A DNA stretch of 64,000 nucleotides, from the NCBI GenBank assembly GCA_045606385.1, contig JAZURX010000021.1, positions 6,677 through 70,676 on the forward strand, given 5' to 3'. Numbering within the stretch: position 1 is the stretch's first letter; each line of letters opens with the position of its first letter. The stretch comes from Bacteroidales bacterium. GTDB lineage: Bacteria; Bacteroidota; Bacteroidia; Bacteroidales; UBA11471. The translations under genes were made by a program, and so were the position numbers. Below are positions 1 to 10,529 of this stretch, in pieces. The notes below the pieces were generated by a model, which searched no databases, was not told the DNA's origin, and saw only the letters and a list, made by a program, of their open reading frames with translations.

Positions 1-163
1 CTAAATAGAAGTGGCGAACACCTAACCATCCTGCAACAGCAAGTATGATAATGAGCAATACGATAGAGATGCGTTTTTGATTTTTTTCAATAAATTGTTC
101 CGATGACGAAAGTACTTCATTTACTTTGTCAAGTTCGTCGGGAGTGTTTTGTTTTTGTGCCAT
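1..163 (-). CDS. N-terminal part of a membrane-anchored protein; the gene runs off the window start. Resembles the TPR/YfgM-like protein often found divergent from recF in Bacteroidales
   Basis: ATG at 163-161 on the minus strand reads MAQKQNTPDELDKVNEVLSSSEQFIEKNQKRISIVLLIIILAVAGWLGVRHFYL, open to position 1. Polar head followed by one hydrophobic helix. Absent from the ORF track because there is no stop in the window. Confidence 0.6.
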   Translation of the reverse strand, partial: MAQKQNTPDELDKVNEVLSSSEQFIEKNQKRISIVLLIIILAVAGWLGVRHFYL

Positions 164-328
164 ATTTTATTTGTTTTTTATTGCGTAATGTATTTTTGGG
201 CAGACAAAAGTACGCTTTTATATTTATAAATGAAAACATCAAGCTGTTTTTTTAACCTTTTAAGGTGTTGAAATCGAAATATTCTGCATTTTAAATACCA
301 AATGAAGGCTAAAATGGAAAAATTTGTG

Positions 329-336
329 TACGTTTG
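329..336 (+). promoter_or_regulatory. Bacteroidetes-type -7 promoter box (TAnnTTTG) upstream of recF
   Basis: TACGTTTG, about 70 nt upstream of the recF ATG. Confidence 0.4.
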
Positions 337-407
337 CACTCTAATTTGAGAATATATATCGATGGGTGATTATTGCCAGAGATGATACATACGCATAGAA
401 AAATGTT

Positions 408-1508
408 ATGATACTTTCCCGCATATCGATAGTGAATTTTAAGAATATTGCGCAGGCCGATTTGGAATTTTCGCCCGGGCTCAACTGCCTATTGGGTAAT
501 AATGGAATGGGAAAGACCAATCTGCTTGATGCTTTGTATTATTTGTCGTTCTGTAAAAGTGCGACAAATGTTATCGATTCGCAAAATATACGTCATGACG
601 AGGATTTTTTTATGTTGCAAGGTCTCTATACTGCGGGTGAAGATACGACCGAAGAGGTATATTGTGGTATGAAACGTCGACAAAAGAAAGTGTTTCGTCG
701 CAACAAAAAAGAATACACTCGACTGTCCGACCATATCGGTCTCGTACCATTGGTAATGATTTCGCCCGACGATTCACAGTTGATACAAGGAGGAAGCGAA
801 GAACGAAGACGTTTTCTTGATATGGTGATTTCGCAGTTTGATAAAGGGTATTTAGAACGATTGATGCGTTACAATAAGGCTTTGCAACAGCGTAATGCGT
901 TGCTTAAACAAGAAATTACCGATGCTACAATGTATGAGATATGGGAAGAACAAATGGCTCATACCGCTATTGATATCTATGCGGCTCGGTGTCGTTTTCT
1001 CAATGAATTTGTCCCGGTATTTCAGGAGTTTTATTCGGTTATATCGGGTGGTGATGAGGCGGTGGGTCTCTCCTATGTGTCGCACATGCAACGGGGCGAT
1101 TTGCGTGATCTGTTGGCCGAGGTGCGAGATCGCGATTTGATTTTGGGATATACCTCGCGGGGTGCTCATAAAGATGACCTCGAAATGATGTTGGGAGAGT
1201 ATTCGATGAAACGCATCGGATCGCAAGGTCAGAACAAGACATTCCTTGTTGCGCTGAAATTGGCTCAATTCGATTATCTCAAAAAAAATGGTCATACCAC
1301 ACCGTTGCTTTTGCTCGATGATATTTTCGATAAGCTCGATTCTCATCGTATGGAACGTATAATTTCTTTGGTCTCACAAGAGCGTTTCGGGCAGATATTT
1401 GTGACCGACACCAATCGTGAGTATCTCGATGCCATTGTGCGTCGTGTAGGTGGTGACTATCGTATCTTTTGTGTGGAAAATGGTTCGTTTTCGGTAATTA
1501 CTGATTGA
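408..1508 (+). CDS. recF: DNA replication and repair protein RecF
   Basis: 366 aa. N-terminal Walker A GNNGMGKTNLLDA, SMC-like signature region, C-terminal LLLDDIFDKLD Walker B. Confidence 0.95.
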   Translation: MILSRISIVNFKNIAQADLEFSPGLNCLLGNNGMGKTNLLDALYYLSFCKSATNVIDSQNIRHDEDFFMLQGLYTAGEDTTEEVYCGMKRRQKKVFRRNKKEYTRLSDHIGLVPLVMISPDDSQLIQGGSEERRRFLDMVISQFDKGYLERLMRYNKALQQRNALLKQEITDATMYEIWEEQMAHTAIDIYAARCRFLNEFVPVFQEFYSVISGGDEAVGLSYVSHMQRGDLRDLLAEVRDRDLILGYTSRGAHKDDLEMMLGEYSMKRIGSQGQNKTFLVALKLAQFDYLKKNGHTTPLLLLDDIFDKLDSHRMERIISLVSQERFGQIFVTDTNREYLDAIVRRVGGDYRIFCVENGSFSVITD

Positions 1509-1509
1509 T

Positions 1510-1800
1510 ATGGAACGGAAAGACGCGCAGTTGTTGGTCGATTTGTTGCCTCAGGTATTGGCCGAACAGAAGCTCGATAAACGGCTCGATGAAACTCAAG
1601 CATCGGTTTTATGGGGGAAATTATTCGGGAATGCTGTGGCGCAATATACTACACGTGTACAAGTGCGCGCCGGAGTGATGTATGTTTCGCTCTCTTCGGC
1701 AGTGTTGCGTAACGAGTTGCTTTGCAATAAGGTTTCTTTGATAGATCGCCTCAATGAGGAAATGGGGCATATGGTGATAAAGGATATAATTTTCAGATAA
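1510..1800 (+). CDS. DUF721-type small protein coupled to recF
   Basis: 96 aa, starting 1 nt after the recF stop. Size and position are typical of the DUF721 gene that follows recF in Bacteroidetes. Confidence 0.75.
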   Translation: MERKDAQLLVDLLPQVLAEQKLDKRLDETQASVLWGKLFGNAVAQYTTRVQVRAGVMYVSLSSAVLRNELLCNKVSLIDRLNEEMGHMVIKDIIFR

Positions 1801-1803
1801 AAG

Positions 1804-2232
1804 ATGGATAGTATAGAGTTCAAACATTCTGTGCCGGTACAATTGCGATTCAACGATATTGATTCTCTCGGGCATGTGAATAATTCGGTATATTTTTCTT
1901 TCTATGACTTGGGGAAAATCAACTATTTTACGACTATACGTCCCGAGATGACTTCGGTGCGCGACATCGATTTGGTGGTGGCGAATGTGAATGCCAATTT
2001 TCTGTTGCCGACATTTTTGCACGAGCAGGTGTCGGTGCAGACTACGACTGTGGCAATAGGCAATAAAAGCATCAAATTGTTGCAACGCATTATCAATGAA
2101 CAGCTGGATGTAAAAGCCGTATGTGAGACCGTATTGGTGGGGTTTGATTTCAAGTCTGGTGAGACAAAGCAAATCTCGGAGGAGTGGCGTAGGGCCATTG
2201 ATACATATGAGCAACGTGTAGTTACGAAATAA
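1804..2232 (+). CDS. Hotdog-fold acyl-CoA thioesterase (4HBT/YbgC-like)
   Basis: 142 aa with the motif RFNDIDSLGHVNNSVYFSFYD, typical of 4HBT thioesterases. Confidence 0.8.
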   Translation: MDSIEFKHSVPVQLRFNDIDSLGHVNNSVYFSFYDLGKINYFTTIRPEMTSVRDIDLVVANVNANFLLPTFLHEQVSVQTTTVAIGNKSIKLLQRIINEQLDVKAVCETVLVGFDFKSGETKQISEEWRRAIDTYEQRVVTK

Positions 2233-2255
2233 TAGTCTGTATATAGAAAAACAGA

Positions 2256-2292
2256 AGTGGCTGCCTTACTCTCAAAGGTAGCCACTTTTTTC
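2256..2292. terminator. Bidirectional rho-independent terminator between convergent genes
   Basis: 10-bp stem AGTGGCTGCC / GGTAGCCACT (one G-U pair), 11-nt loop, T-run on the plus strand and a T-rich tract on the minus strand. Confidence 0.75.
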
Positions 2293-2308
2293 GATGAAAT
2301 CGCTGTTT

Positions 2309-3250
2309 TTAGATATTTCCAGCGACTTGGTATGTGTCAATGTGCCGTTTCTTTTTTTCTTCGAGTATTTCATCTATTGCGATAAGAATACCGGATTCTT
2401 CTACGTCGCCGAACTCGTCGTTGATGGCAGTGCCAAACATGCGCATGGTGGGCGAAAGACTCATGTAGCTGTTTACCAATGGAGGTATGTTGAATCCTAA
2501 ATTGCGAACTTCTTGGTTGAGTATTTTGTAGTCGTCTTTGAATGAATTTTTTTGGGGAAACAGTCGGGATAGAGTCTCGATATCGCTATTTGTTTCGAGC
2601 GGTGTACGAGGCCATACAAGTTTGTCTTTATCTGCAAAATGCTTGTTGAGAAAATAGAGTATCATGTTGCGTCCGGGAACCGAGAATGTGGGATACATGG
2701 TTACTTTGCCGAAGAAGTATTTGATTTGCGGGTATACAATGGTGAGTGCGCCCAATCCGTCCCATAGATTGTCGAGGGCGAACAATCCTTTTGCTCCGGC
2801 TTTACTTGATTGGTATTCTACAGATACAAATGAGCGTCCCAATTCGATGGTATAAGGCATGAATTCATTGATGAATTGGGTCGAAAAATCGAACATGTGT
2901 GAGGTGGCAATGATAGGGCGACCTTGCTCGTCATAACGCATATTTTCACCCAATATATATCGATATCCACCGATAATCTCTTGTGCGTCGGGATTCCATA
3001 CGATAAGTTGTTGGCATGGAATAGCCATGGTATCATACATGTCTATGTCAATCTCTTTACCGGTACCGCCTCCGGCAGCCCTGAAAGCTATTTCTCTCAA
3101 TCGCCCGATTTCACGCATGGTATATGGCGCGTTTTCATGGTCGATAATGTAGATTTCGTTTCCCCCTTTATTGGTTTTTCGTAAGAAACGTTCCGGAGTC
3201 AATTCTGCAATTATTTTTCCAGTTTCTACGGGGGTAATAATTTCTTTCAT
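2309..3250 (-). CDS. glsB: OlsB-like N-acyltransferase (GNAT/hemolysin-like), glycine-lipid synthase type
   Basis: 313 aa with REIGRLREIAFRAAGGGTGKE and LFALDNLWDGLGAL motifs. Its start overlaps the stop of an upstream PlsC-type acyltransferase gene, the pairing known for Bacteroidales N-acyl-glycine (flavolipin precursor) synthesis. Confidence 0.75.
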   Translation of the reverse strand: MKEIITPVETGKIIAELTPERFLRKTNKGGNEIYIIDHENAPYTMREIGRLREIAFRAAGGGTGKEIDIDMYDTMAIPCQQLIVWNPDAQEIIGGYRYILGENMRYDEQGRPIIATSHMFDFSTQFINEFMPYTIELGRSFVSVEYQSSKAGAKGLFALDNLWDGLGALTIVYPQIKYFFGKVTMYPTFSVPGRNMILYFLNKHFADKDKLVWPRTPLETNSDIETLSRLFPQKNSFKDDYKILNQEVRNLGFNIPPLVNSYMSLSPTMRMFGTAINDEFGDVEESGILIAIDEILEEKKKRHIDTYQVAGNI

Positions 3251-4095
3251 ATCCGCTTGGGTTTGTTAAGTCTGTCTCGTATTTCATACACTTTGTCTTT
3301 GACATATTGTGCCCACTCCATTCTCGAATGAGTTTTGTCGAAAGTCTGCCATGGTATGGGTGTGCCGAAGTGTATGGTGAATGTTTTGTTTTCGCTTTTG
3401 AACATTTCGTCGGGCAGATATATCAACTCGATGTTGAATTTTATGCCAAGACGTTTGCGCCAATGTGCGAAATTATAGAAAAATCGGGAGTTATACCCTT
3501 CGAACCACACAGGTATAATGTCTCTCCGGTATTGAATGCTTTTAGCTATAAAAGCTTTGTTCCAAGTGAGGTCTTTTATTTCTTTTCCTTGTCGACGCGA
3601 AACAAGTCCGGCAGGGAACATAGCCATTTGTCCATCTCCTTCATAAGCTTGCGCAAGAGTATCGGCATTGTTTTTGTCTTGTTTCCCGTATTTGTTGATG
3701 GGGAGAAAATGTTCCGAAAGCGGTTTCATAGCCATGAGTAAATCATTGACAACCACCTTGAAATTGCGATTGTATTTTTTCCCCAAGAATGAGATGAGGG
3801 CGACACCGTCCATCCCTCCCAGCGGGTGGTTCGACGCAAAGATGAAACGTCCGTCTTGTGGAATATTTTCTTCGCCGTCGATGAGTAGGTTGATGTTGAG
3901 ATATGCCAATAATGCATCAGCAAAATCCACGCCTTTTTCATCGGGGTGAGCCGACAAAAATTCATTCATGCGATCCTGCTGTATGGTCCGTTTGATATAA
4001 TTGAAAACGAACCGAGGAATTTTTTTTGCGATTCGAGGTGATTTGGCTTTAACTACACCTTCGACATCGATACGTAGTGTTTCTTTTTCCCTCAT
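3247..4095 (-). CDS. glsA: Lysophospholipid/1-acyl-glycerol-3-phosphate-type O-acyltransferase, partner of glsB
   Basis: 282 aa with the PlsC motif FASNHPLGGMDG and a PAG motif (MFPAGLVSR). Shows a 4-nt ATGA overlap with the downstream gene. Confidence 0.75.
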   Translation of the reverse strand: MREKETLRIDVEGVVKAKSPRIAKKIPRFVFNYIKRTIQQDRMNEFLSAHPDEKGVDFADALLAYLNINLLIDGEENIPQDGRFIFASNHPLGGMDGVALISFLGKKYNRNFKVVVNDLLMAMKPLSEHFLPINKYGKQDKNNADTLAQAYEGDGQMAMFPAGLVSRRQGKEIKDLTWNKAFIAKSIQYRRDIIPVWFEGYNSRFFYNFAHWRKRLGIKFNIELIYLPDEMFKSENKTFTIHFGTPIPWQTFDKTHSRMEWAQYVKDKVYEIRDRLNKPKRI

Positions 4096-4284
4096 GGCAA
4101 TATGAAAAAGTCGGGCAAAGATAGTGATTCTTTGTGTAAAAGTACTTTTTATGATAGAAAAATGTTCTTTAATAGTTCTATTTTGTATGTTTTGTCCTTT
4201 TTTTTACAAAAATTGATGATAAAAAGTATCTAAAATGTTGAAAAAAAAAATGAGAAAGATGATGTCTTTCCGTGTTTTTATGTC

Positions 4285-4292
4285 TATTTTTG
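4285..4292 (+). promoter_or_regulatory. -7 promoter box (TAnnTTTG) for the dcw cluster
   Basis: TATTTTTG immediately upstream of the rsmH start candidates at 4302 and 4323. Confidence 0.4.
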
Positions 4293-4301
4293 TCGGATAT
4301 A

Positions 4302-5231
4302 ATGAAATTTTTTACAAGTATCATGCAAAATCCTGTATATCATGTTCCTGCATTGCTTGCTGCATGTGTCGAAGGCTTGAAAATAGAGTCTAGCGGGACA
4401 TATGTAGACGTTACATTTGGGGGCGGAGGGCACTCTCGCGGTATATTGAGTCGCTTGGGTGATGAAGGACGGCTATACTCTTTTGACCAAGACGAAGATG
4501 CTTGTGCCAATATTATCGAAGATGCTCGATTTACATTTGTGCGTTCGAATTTTCGTTATTTGAAAAATTTTATGCGTTACTATGAAGTGGAGACCATAGA
4601 CGGTTTATTGGCCGATTTAGGGGTTTCGTTTCATCATTTCGATGCGTCGGAGCGAGGATTTTCTTTCCGATTTGATGGGAAGTTGGATATGCGTATGAAC
4701 AGTAAGGCGAAAATTTCGGCGGCCAATATTATCGAAGAATATACACAAGAGCAGTTGGCCGACATTTTTTATTTGTATGGAGAGTTGCGTTCGGCACGTA
4801 AATTAGCGGCAGCAATAGTGGCGGCGCGTCGTGATTCAAAAATCGATACAACGAAACGCTTGGTCGAAGTTGTTACTCCGTATATCGATAAACGATTGGA
4901 GAAAAAAGAACTGGCACAGTTGTTTCAAGCATTGCGCATAGAGGTAAATCAAGAGATGGAGGCATTGCGTAAGATGCTTATGTCGGCATGTGCTTTGTTG
5001 CGTCCGGGGGGGCGTATCGCTGTTCTTACATACCATTCTCTCGAAGACAGATTGGTGAAAAATTTTTTCAAGACCGGCAATTTTGAAGGACGTGCCGAAA
5101 AAGATTTCTTTGGAAGAGTGTCGGCTCCGTTGCGACCGGTAAACAATAAGGTTATAGTGCCCGATGAGTCGGAAGTGTTGGCAAATCCACGGTCTCGAAG
5201 CGCGAAATTACGAATTGCAGAAAAATTATAG
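4302..5231 (+). CDS. rsmH: 16S rRNA (cytosine1402-N4)-methyltransferase RsmH
   Basis: YHVPALL N-terminal motif, SAM site DVTFGGGGHS, conserved EDRLVK. The track ORF starts at a GTG at 4272. The ATG at 4302 or 4323 (MQNPVYHVP) fits better given the -7 box at 4285. Confidence 0.9.
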   Translation: MKFFTSIMQNPVYHVPALLAACVEGLKIESSGTYVDVTFGGGGHSRGILSRLGDEGRLYSFDQDEDACANIIEDARFTFVRSNFRYLKNFMRYYEVETIDGLLADLGVSFHHFDASERGFSFRFDGKLDMRMNSKAKISAANIIEEYTQEQLADIFYLYGELRSARKLAAAIVAARRDSKIDTTKRLVEVVTPYIDKRLEKKELAQLFQALRIEVNQEMEALRKMLMSACALLRPGGRIAVLTYHSLEDRLVKNFFKTGNFEGRAEKDFFGRVSAPLRPVNNKVIVPDESEVLANPRSRSAKLRIAEKL

Positions 5232-5233
5232 CT

Positions 5234-5623
5234 ATGAGTGGCGAAAACACAAGTGACAACAAATTGAATTATATGCGTGAAACACGCAAATTTTTCAAAA
5301 AATATATCGATCTCGATGTTTCAGAAAACGAATGGGTATCTATACATTCGATTTTGCGTAATTGGAAGTCGATATTACTTGTCGTGGTTGTGCTGGTGCT
5401 TTATATTGGTAATCGTTATAACTGTACAAAGAAAATGCAGGAAGTGAGGCGATTGCAGTCGCAGATTATGGAGTTGCGACATGAGTCGGTGTCATTATCG
5501 TCGGAACTTACCGGTATAGGACACCCCTCGCAGATAGAGAAGCAATTGAGAAACAGTGATATAGAATTGAGCCCGGCGACTGAGCCCTCCTATAAATTAA
5601 TCCGCAAAGATTATGAAGAATAG
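5234..5623 (+). CDS. ftsL: FtsL-like cell division protein
   Basis: 129 aa with a single TM helix followed by a coiled-coil-like stretch. Sits between rsmH and ftsI. Confidence 0.75.
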   Translation: MSGENTSDNKLNYMRETRKFFKKYIDLDVSENEWVSIHSILRNWKSILLVVVVLVLYIGNRYNCTKKMQEVRRLQSQIMELRHESVSLSSELTGIGHPSQIEKQLRNSDIELSPATEPSYKLIRKDYEE

Positions 5624-7781
5624 AAAGTATGGTCGCTATGGAGCCATAGTGCTTGTTGTCTTGATTTTGTGTGTGGCAGTCGTCTACAAAATGAGTCGCA
5701 CAATTTTTGGTGCTGAGGAAAGTGTTGCATGGCAACATAAGATCGATTCATTGCGTTTTGACACGACAAAAGTAGACGCTATACGCGGTGATATATTGGC
5801 TGCCGATGGTAGATTGTTGGCCGCCGAAGTGCCTGTATATCGATTATATGTCGATGTGCAGATATTTATGCGCAATAAATATACTGATATAATGCAGACG
5901 CGTCCGGATACGGCGTTTGATCGAAAATTTGACTCTTTATGTGCCGGACTGTCGCAGATATTGGGAGAGCGTACTCCCGCCGAGTATAAGCGTCATTTGC
6001 AGGAAGGATTGTCGTCGCCTTATGTGCATTTCTATCCATTGACTCGCAAGAAAGTGTCGCATTTGCAAAAGATGCAATTGCTCGAATTGCCCATTTTCGA
6101 CAGCAAGGACTCGAATAAGTCGGGGTTTATAACGGTAGCCGAAACGGTACGCTCTCGCCCCTTTGGCGATTTGGCGCGTTCTACGTTGGGTGGGCTCAAT
6201 CGAGAGAAGGGGATTGGTGTTACTGGGTTGGAATTGTCGTTTGACTCTTTATTGCGAGGTGTTGATGGAAAACGAGCACATCTGCGTGGGCGTAGTTACT
6301 CGTTGAGTGTCGATAAGATAATAGAAGAACCTATACCGGGCAAAGATTTGGTAACTACACTCGATGTTGATATACAGGATATGGCCGAGTCGTCGCTTTT
6401 GCGTATGTTGCAAGAGGTTGATGCCGACTACGGTACAGTCGTGATAATGGAAGTGGCAACAGGAGCCATACGAGCGATGGCCAATCTCAATAGAGATGCC
6501 GAAGGACAATATAATGAAGGTTTGAATCATGCTGTGTGTGATCTTATAGAGCCCGGATCTACCATCAAAACCCTGTCGATGATGATTGCATTGGATTCGG
6601 CCGTTGTGAGCCCCGATGATGTAATCGATACAGGTAACGGAGTATATCGATATGGTGGTCGTGAAATAAGAGATCATAATTGGCGTAAAGGCGGTTATGG
6701 AAAGATTACGGCGGCACAGACGATATGGTATTCCTCCAATGTCGGAATATCCAAAATCATACTGAAGGGATTTGAACATCGGCCATCTGATTTCATAGAT
6801 GCAATATATGCCAGAGGTCTGAATAAAAAAATAGATATACCGCTCCCAGTGCCTGCGACTATAGGCCCCCAGATAAAACACCCGATAAAAGATGGAAAAC
6901 CCAATCCTACCTGGTGGAAGACCTCATTGCCGTGGATGAGTTTTGGTTATGAAACCTCTTTCCCTCCTATTTATACGTTGATGTTTTACAATGCCATAGC
7001 CAATGGAGGTAAAATGATAAAGCCGTATCTTGTTGCCGGAATAAGTGAGAATGGTGATATGTTGGAGGAGTTTGAGACAGAAGTTATTACAGAACAGATA
7101 TGTAAACCGCAGACACTGAAAGAGATACATCAAATGTTGCTGGGCGTGGTAGAACATGGAACCGCACATGGTCGTAATGCTGCAAGTTCTGATTATGTGC
7201 AAATTGCCGGTAAGTCGGGTACGGCGCAGATATATGAAGAGTCTGCTCGACGACATGGAAATCGTCATCGCGTTTCATTTTGTGGGTATTTCCCGGCAGA
7301 GAATCCCAAATACACAGGTATAGTAGTTGTATCAAACGCGCGAAGAGGATATGCGGGGTCGATACCGGGTACTGTGTTGCGTACGGTGGCGGAGCAATTG
7401 TATGCGCGTGGATTTCTTCCCGGAGAGCAACAACTACCTATCGATACAGTGTCGGTAAAGATGCCTCAAATAAAGAGAGGGGCGTATAGTGATACCAAGG
7501 TGGTGTGTGATGAATTGTCGCTTACTTATTCATCTCCCGAAGGAGGTGCCGAGTGGGTATCGGCCAAATCGCATGATCATGCTATCTCGATGGAAAAATA
7601 TGCTCCTCGCAAAACCCTCATGCCTATGGTTGTGGGAATGGGTCTCTCTGATGCCATTTATTTGCTTGAAACCTATGGATTGCATGTGGAGATAGAGGGC
7701 AGTGGCCGTGTTTCGCAGCAGTCGATACCTGTGGGACGCGTGGTGCGTAAAGGTGATTATGTAAAGATTGTATTGAAGTAA
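5613..7781 (+). CDS. ftsI: Class B penicillin-binding protein (PBP3/FtsI) with C-terminal PASTA-like domain
   Basis: 722 aa with transpeptidase motifs STIK (GSTIKT), SSN (YSSNVG) and KSG (GKSGTA). Position is consistent with the dcw cluster. Confidence 0.92.
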   Translation: MKNRKYGRYGAIVLVVLILCVAVVYKMSRTIFGAEESVAWQHKIDSLRFDTTKVDAIRGDILAADGRLLAAEVPVYRLYVDVQIFMRNKYTDIMQTRPDTAFDRKFDSLCAGLSQILGERTPAEYKRHLQEGLSSPYVHFYPLTRKKVSHLQKMQLLELPIFDSKDSNKSGFITVAETVRSRPFGDLARSTLGGLNREKGIGVTGLELSFDSLLRGVDGKRAHLRGRSYSLSVDKIIEEPIPGKDLVTTLDVDIQDMAESSLLRMLQEVDADYGTVVIMEVATGAIRAMANLNRDAEGQYNEGLNHAVCDLIEPGSTIKTLSMMIALDSAVVSPDDVIDTGNGVYRYGGREIRDHNWRKGGYGKITAAQTIWYSSNVGISKIILKGFEHRPSDFIDAIYARGLNKKIDIPLPVPATIGPQIKHPIKDGKPNPTWWKTSLPWMSFGYETSFPPIYTLMFYNAIANGGKMIKPYLVAGISENGDMLEEFETEVITEQICKPQTLKEIHQMLLGVVEHGTAHGRNAASSDYVQIAGKSGTAQIYEESARRHGNRHRVSFCGYFPAENPKYTGIVVVSNARRGYAGSIPGTVLRTVAEQLYARGFLPGEQQLPIDTVSVKMPQIKRGAYSDTKVVCDELSLTYSSPEGGAEWVSAKSHDHAISMEKYAPRKTLMPMVVGMGLSDAIYLLETYGLHVEIEGSGRVSQQSIPVGRVVRKGDYVKIVLK

Positions 7782-7789
7782 AATAGACT

Positions 7790-9244
7790 ATGCTACTCAA
7801 AAATCTTCTTCAAAAAGTGCCGGTAATATCGTTGACCGGTAATGAAAATATAGATATAAAATCGGTTGAGGTCGATTCACGTCGTATCGTTGCCGGCTCT
7901 CTCTTTGTGGCAGTACGCGGAACAGCGGTTGACGGGCACACATTCATAACGAAAGCCGAATCACAAGGTGCGGTAGCTGTCGTGTGTGAGGAACTGCCCG
8001 AAATTATCTCAAAAGATATAACATATGTTCTTACACCCGACTCGCACGAGGCTCTCGGGCTATTGGCTTCGGCGTGGTATGGAGACCCTTCGCGAGAACT
8101 GATACTTGTGGGAGTGACGGGTACTAACGGTAAGACTACGATAGCTACCTTGTTGTACAAGATGTTCCGACTTTTTGGAGAGAAGGTGGGCTTGCTTTCA
8201 ACAGTATGTAATTATGTTGATGATAAGTCTATACCGACCAGTCATACAACGCCAGACCCGTTGACATTGAATTGTCTTCTGCGCCAAATGGTCGATACCG
8301 GTTGTCGATATGCGTTTATGGAAGTTAGCTCTCACTCGGTCGACCAACGACGTATTGCAGGGCTTGAGTTTGACGGAGGAATTTTTACCAACCTTACTCG
8401 CGATCATCTCGATTATCATAAGACGGTAGATGCCTATCTGAAGGCAAAAAAGCGTTTCTTCGATGACCTTCCTACCGGTGCGTTTGCATTGACCAATGGT
8501 GATGAAAAGACCGGAGCTGTGATGTCGCAAAATACGCGAGCCTCACGTAAGGTATATGCTCTCAATACATTTGCCGATTTCAAAGGGCGCATTATAGAGA
8601 GTCGTCTCGATGGAACCACCCTCGAAATCAATGGACGAGAATTGGAAGTATTTTTTGTCGGTAAATTTAATGCATATAATTTGCTGGCGGTATATGGTGC
8701 CACATGTTTGTTGGGGAAAGTCCCTGAAGAAGTATTGGTAAATATGAGTATGCTTGTACCGGTTTCGGGCCGATTCCAGACCATGCATTCTCCACAAAAG
8801 TATACTGCCATAGTTGATTATGCCCATACCCCCGATGCATTGACCAATGTGTTGACATCGATACGCGAGGTAGTCGGCGATAAGGGCAATGTCATAACCG
8901 TTGTCGGTGCCGGAGGTAATAGGGATAAAGGTAAGCGTCCATTGATGGCACAAGAGGCAGTGAAGTGGAGTGATAAAGTGATTTTGACATCGGATAATCC
9001 TCGCTTTGAAAAGCCACAAGATATTCTCGACGATATGATTGCCGGACTCGACAGTGTGCAGCGTCGTAAGACCCTCGTGATAGTCGATCGTAGAGAGGCA
9101 ATACGGGCAGCGACACAATTTGCCACACCTGGTGATGTGGTGCTTATTGCAGGTAAAGGTCATGAAGACTATCAAGAAGTCGAGGGCGTAAAATACCATT
9201 TCGACGATTGTGAAGAGGTGAAACGTATTTTCGACGAGCAGTAA
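7790..9244 (+). CDS. murE: UDP-N-acetylmuramoyl-L-alanyl-D-glutamate--2,6-diaminopimelate ligase
   Basis: 484 aa with the Mur ligase P-loop [10 protein letters not shown] and a DNPR motif (SDNPRFE). Confidence 0.93.
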   Translation: MLLKNLLQKVPVISLTGNENIDIKSVEVDSRRIVAGSLFVAVRGTAVDGHTFITKAESQGAVAVVCEELPEIISKDITYVLTPDSHEALGLLASAWYGDPSRELILVGVTGTNGKTTIATLLYKMFRLFGEKVGLLSTVCNYVDDKSIPTSHTTPDPLTLNCLLRQMVDTGCRYAFMEVSSHSVDQRRIAGLEFDGGIFTNLTRDHLDYHKTVDAYLKAKKRFFDDLPTGAFALTNGDEKTGAVMSQNTRASRKVYALNTFADFKGRIIESRLDGTTLEINGRELEVFFVGKFNAYNLLAVYGATCLLGKVPEEVLVNMSMLVPVSGRFQTMHSPQKYTAIVDYAHTPDALTNVLTSIREVVGDKGNVITVVGAGGNRDKGKRPLMAQEAVKWSDKVILTSDNPRFEKPQDILDDMIAGLDSVQRRKTLVIVDRREAIRAATQFATPGDVVLIAGKGHEDYQEVEGVKYHFDDCEEVKRIFDEQ

Positions 9245-9274
9245 AATAATCAGGATTTATAAAAAGAACACGTT

Positions 9275-10528
9275 ATGCTATATCCGTTATTCCAATATCT
9301 CGACAGTCTCGATATTCCCGGTATGGGAGTATTTCGATATATCTCATTTCGTGCCGGAATGGCATTGATATTATCATTGTTTATATCGACAATTATTGGC
9401 AGACGTATAATATCCCGATTGCAGAAGATGCAAGTAGGTGAGATTGTCCGAAATCTCGGGTTAGAGGGCCAAATGAGTAAGAAAGGCACTCCTACCATGG
9501 GTGGTATCATCATTATTATATCTATACTCGTTCCATGTTTATTGGTGGCACGTCTCGATAATATATATATAATATTGATGCTTATAACCACGATATGGTT
9601 GGGTACTATCGGTTTTCTCGATGATTACATGAAATTGAAGTACCATAATAAGGAAGGATTGCATGGCCGATTCAAAATTTTCGGGCAAGTAGGTTTGGGT
9701 TTGATAGTTGGTTTAACCCTCTATCTTAGTCCCGATGTAGTCATTCGTGAAAATGTGACGGTGCAGAACAATAATACAGAGGAGATACACTATCTGCCCG
9801 AAAATATAAAATCGACGCAGACGACAATTCCTTTTTTCAAGAACAATAATTTCGACTATGCCGAGCTTGTTCCATTTCTTGGAGAGCATGCGCAAGCAGC
9901 AGGATGGATAATTTTTATACTTGTCACAATATTTGTGGTAACAGCAGTCTCGAATGCGGCCAATCTTACAGATGGCCTTGATGGATTGGCAACAGGAAGT
10001 TCTGCCATCATTGGGGTGGCATTGGCTATATTGGCCTATTTGTCGGGTCATATCGCATACGCATCTTATCTCGATATAATGTATATACCGGGTGCGGCCG
10101 AACTGGTGGTATTTTCATGTGCATTTATAGGGGCTACCATCGGATTTTTATGGTATAATGCATTTCCGGCACAAGTATTTATGGGCGATACAGGCAGTCT
10201 TACGCTTGGTGGTATTATAGCTGTGTTTGCGGTGATTATACACAAGGAATTGTTGATACCTCTGTTGTGCGGAGTATTTTTGATAGAAGCCTTGTCGGTC
10301 ATTATGCAAGTATCCTATTTCAGATATACAAAAATGAGATATGGTGTAGGTCGACGTATATTCAAGATGACACCTCTGCATCACCATTTCCAAAAGTCTG
10401 GAGAAGGTATAGATGCCTTATGGAAAAAACCATTTGCTCCTATCCCCGAGTCGAAAATTGTAATACGTTTCTGGATTGTGGGTATAATTTTGGCTGTATT
10501 GACATTGGTAACACTGAAAATGCGATAA
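9275..10528 (+). CDS. mraY: Phospho-N-acetylmuramoyl-pentapeptide transferase
   Basis: 417 aa, polytopic, with [13 protein letters not shown] and MGDTGSL motifs. Confidence 0.95.
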   Translation: MLYPLFQYLDSLDIPGMGVFRYISFRAGMALILSLFISTIIGRRIISRLQKMQVGEIVRNLGLEGQMSKKGTPTMGGIIIIISILVPCLLVARLDNIYIILMLITTIWLGTIGFLDDYMKLKYHNKEGLHGRFKIFGQVGLGLIVGLTLYLSPDVVIRENVTVQNNNTEEIHYLPENIKSTQTTIPFFKNNNFDYAELVPFLGEHAQAAGWIIFILVTIFVVTAVSNAANLTDGLDGLATGSSAIIGVALAILAYLSGHIAYASYLDIMYIPGAAELVVFSCAFIGATIGFLWYNAFPAQVFMGDTGSLTLGGIIAVFAVIIHKELLIPLLCGVFLIEALSVIMQVSYFRYTKMRYGVGRRIFKMTPLHHHFQKSGEGIDALWKKPFAPIPESKIVIRFWIVGIILAVLTLVTLKMR

Positions 10529-10529
10529 A

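Noticed and set aside
6249-6881. 210-aa minus-strand ORF inside ftsI. Similar long antisense ORFs occur in murE (8543-9199), ftsW/murG (12801-13472), serS (19570-20334), the SusC genes, purT and the GH genes.
   Set aside because: All are antisense to genes with clear family motifs, and their translations are Cys/His/Arg/Tyr-rich with no domain signatures.
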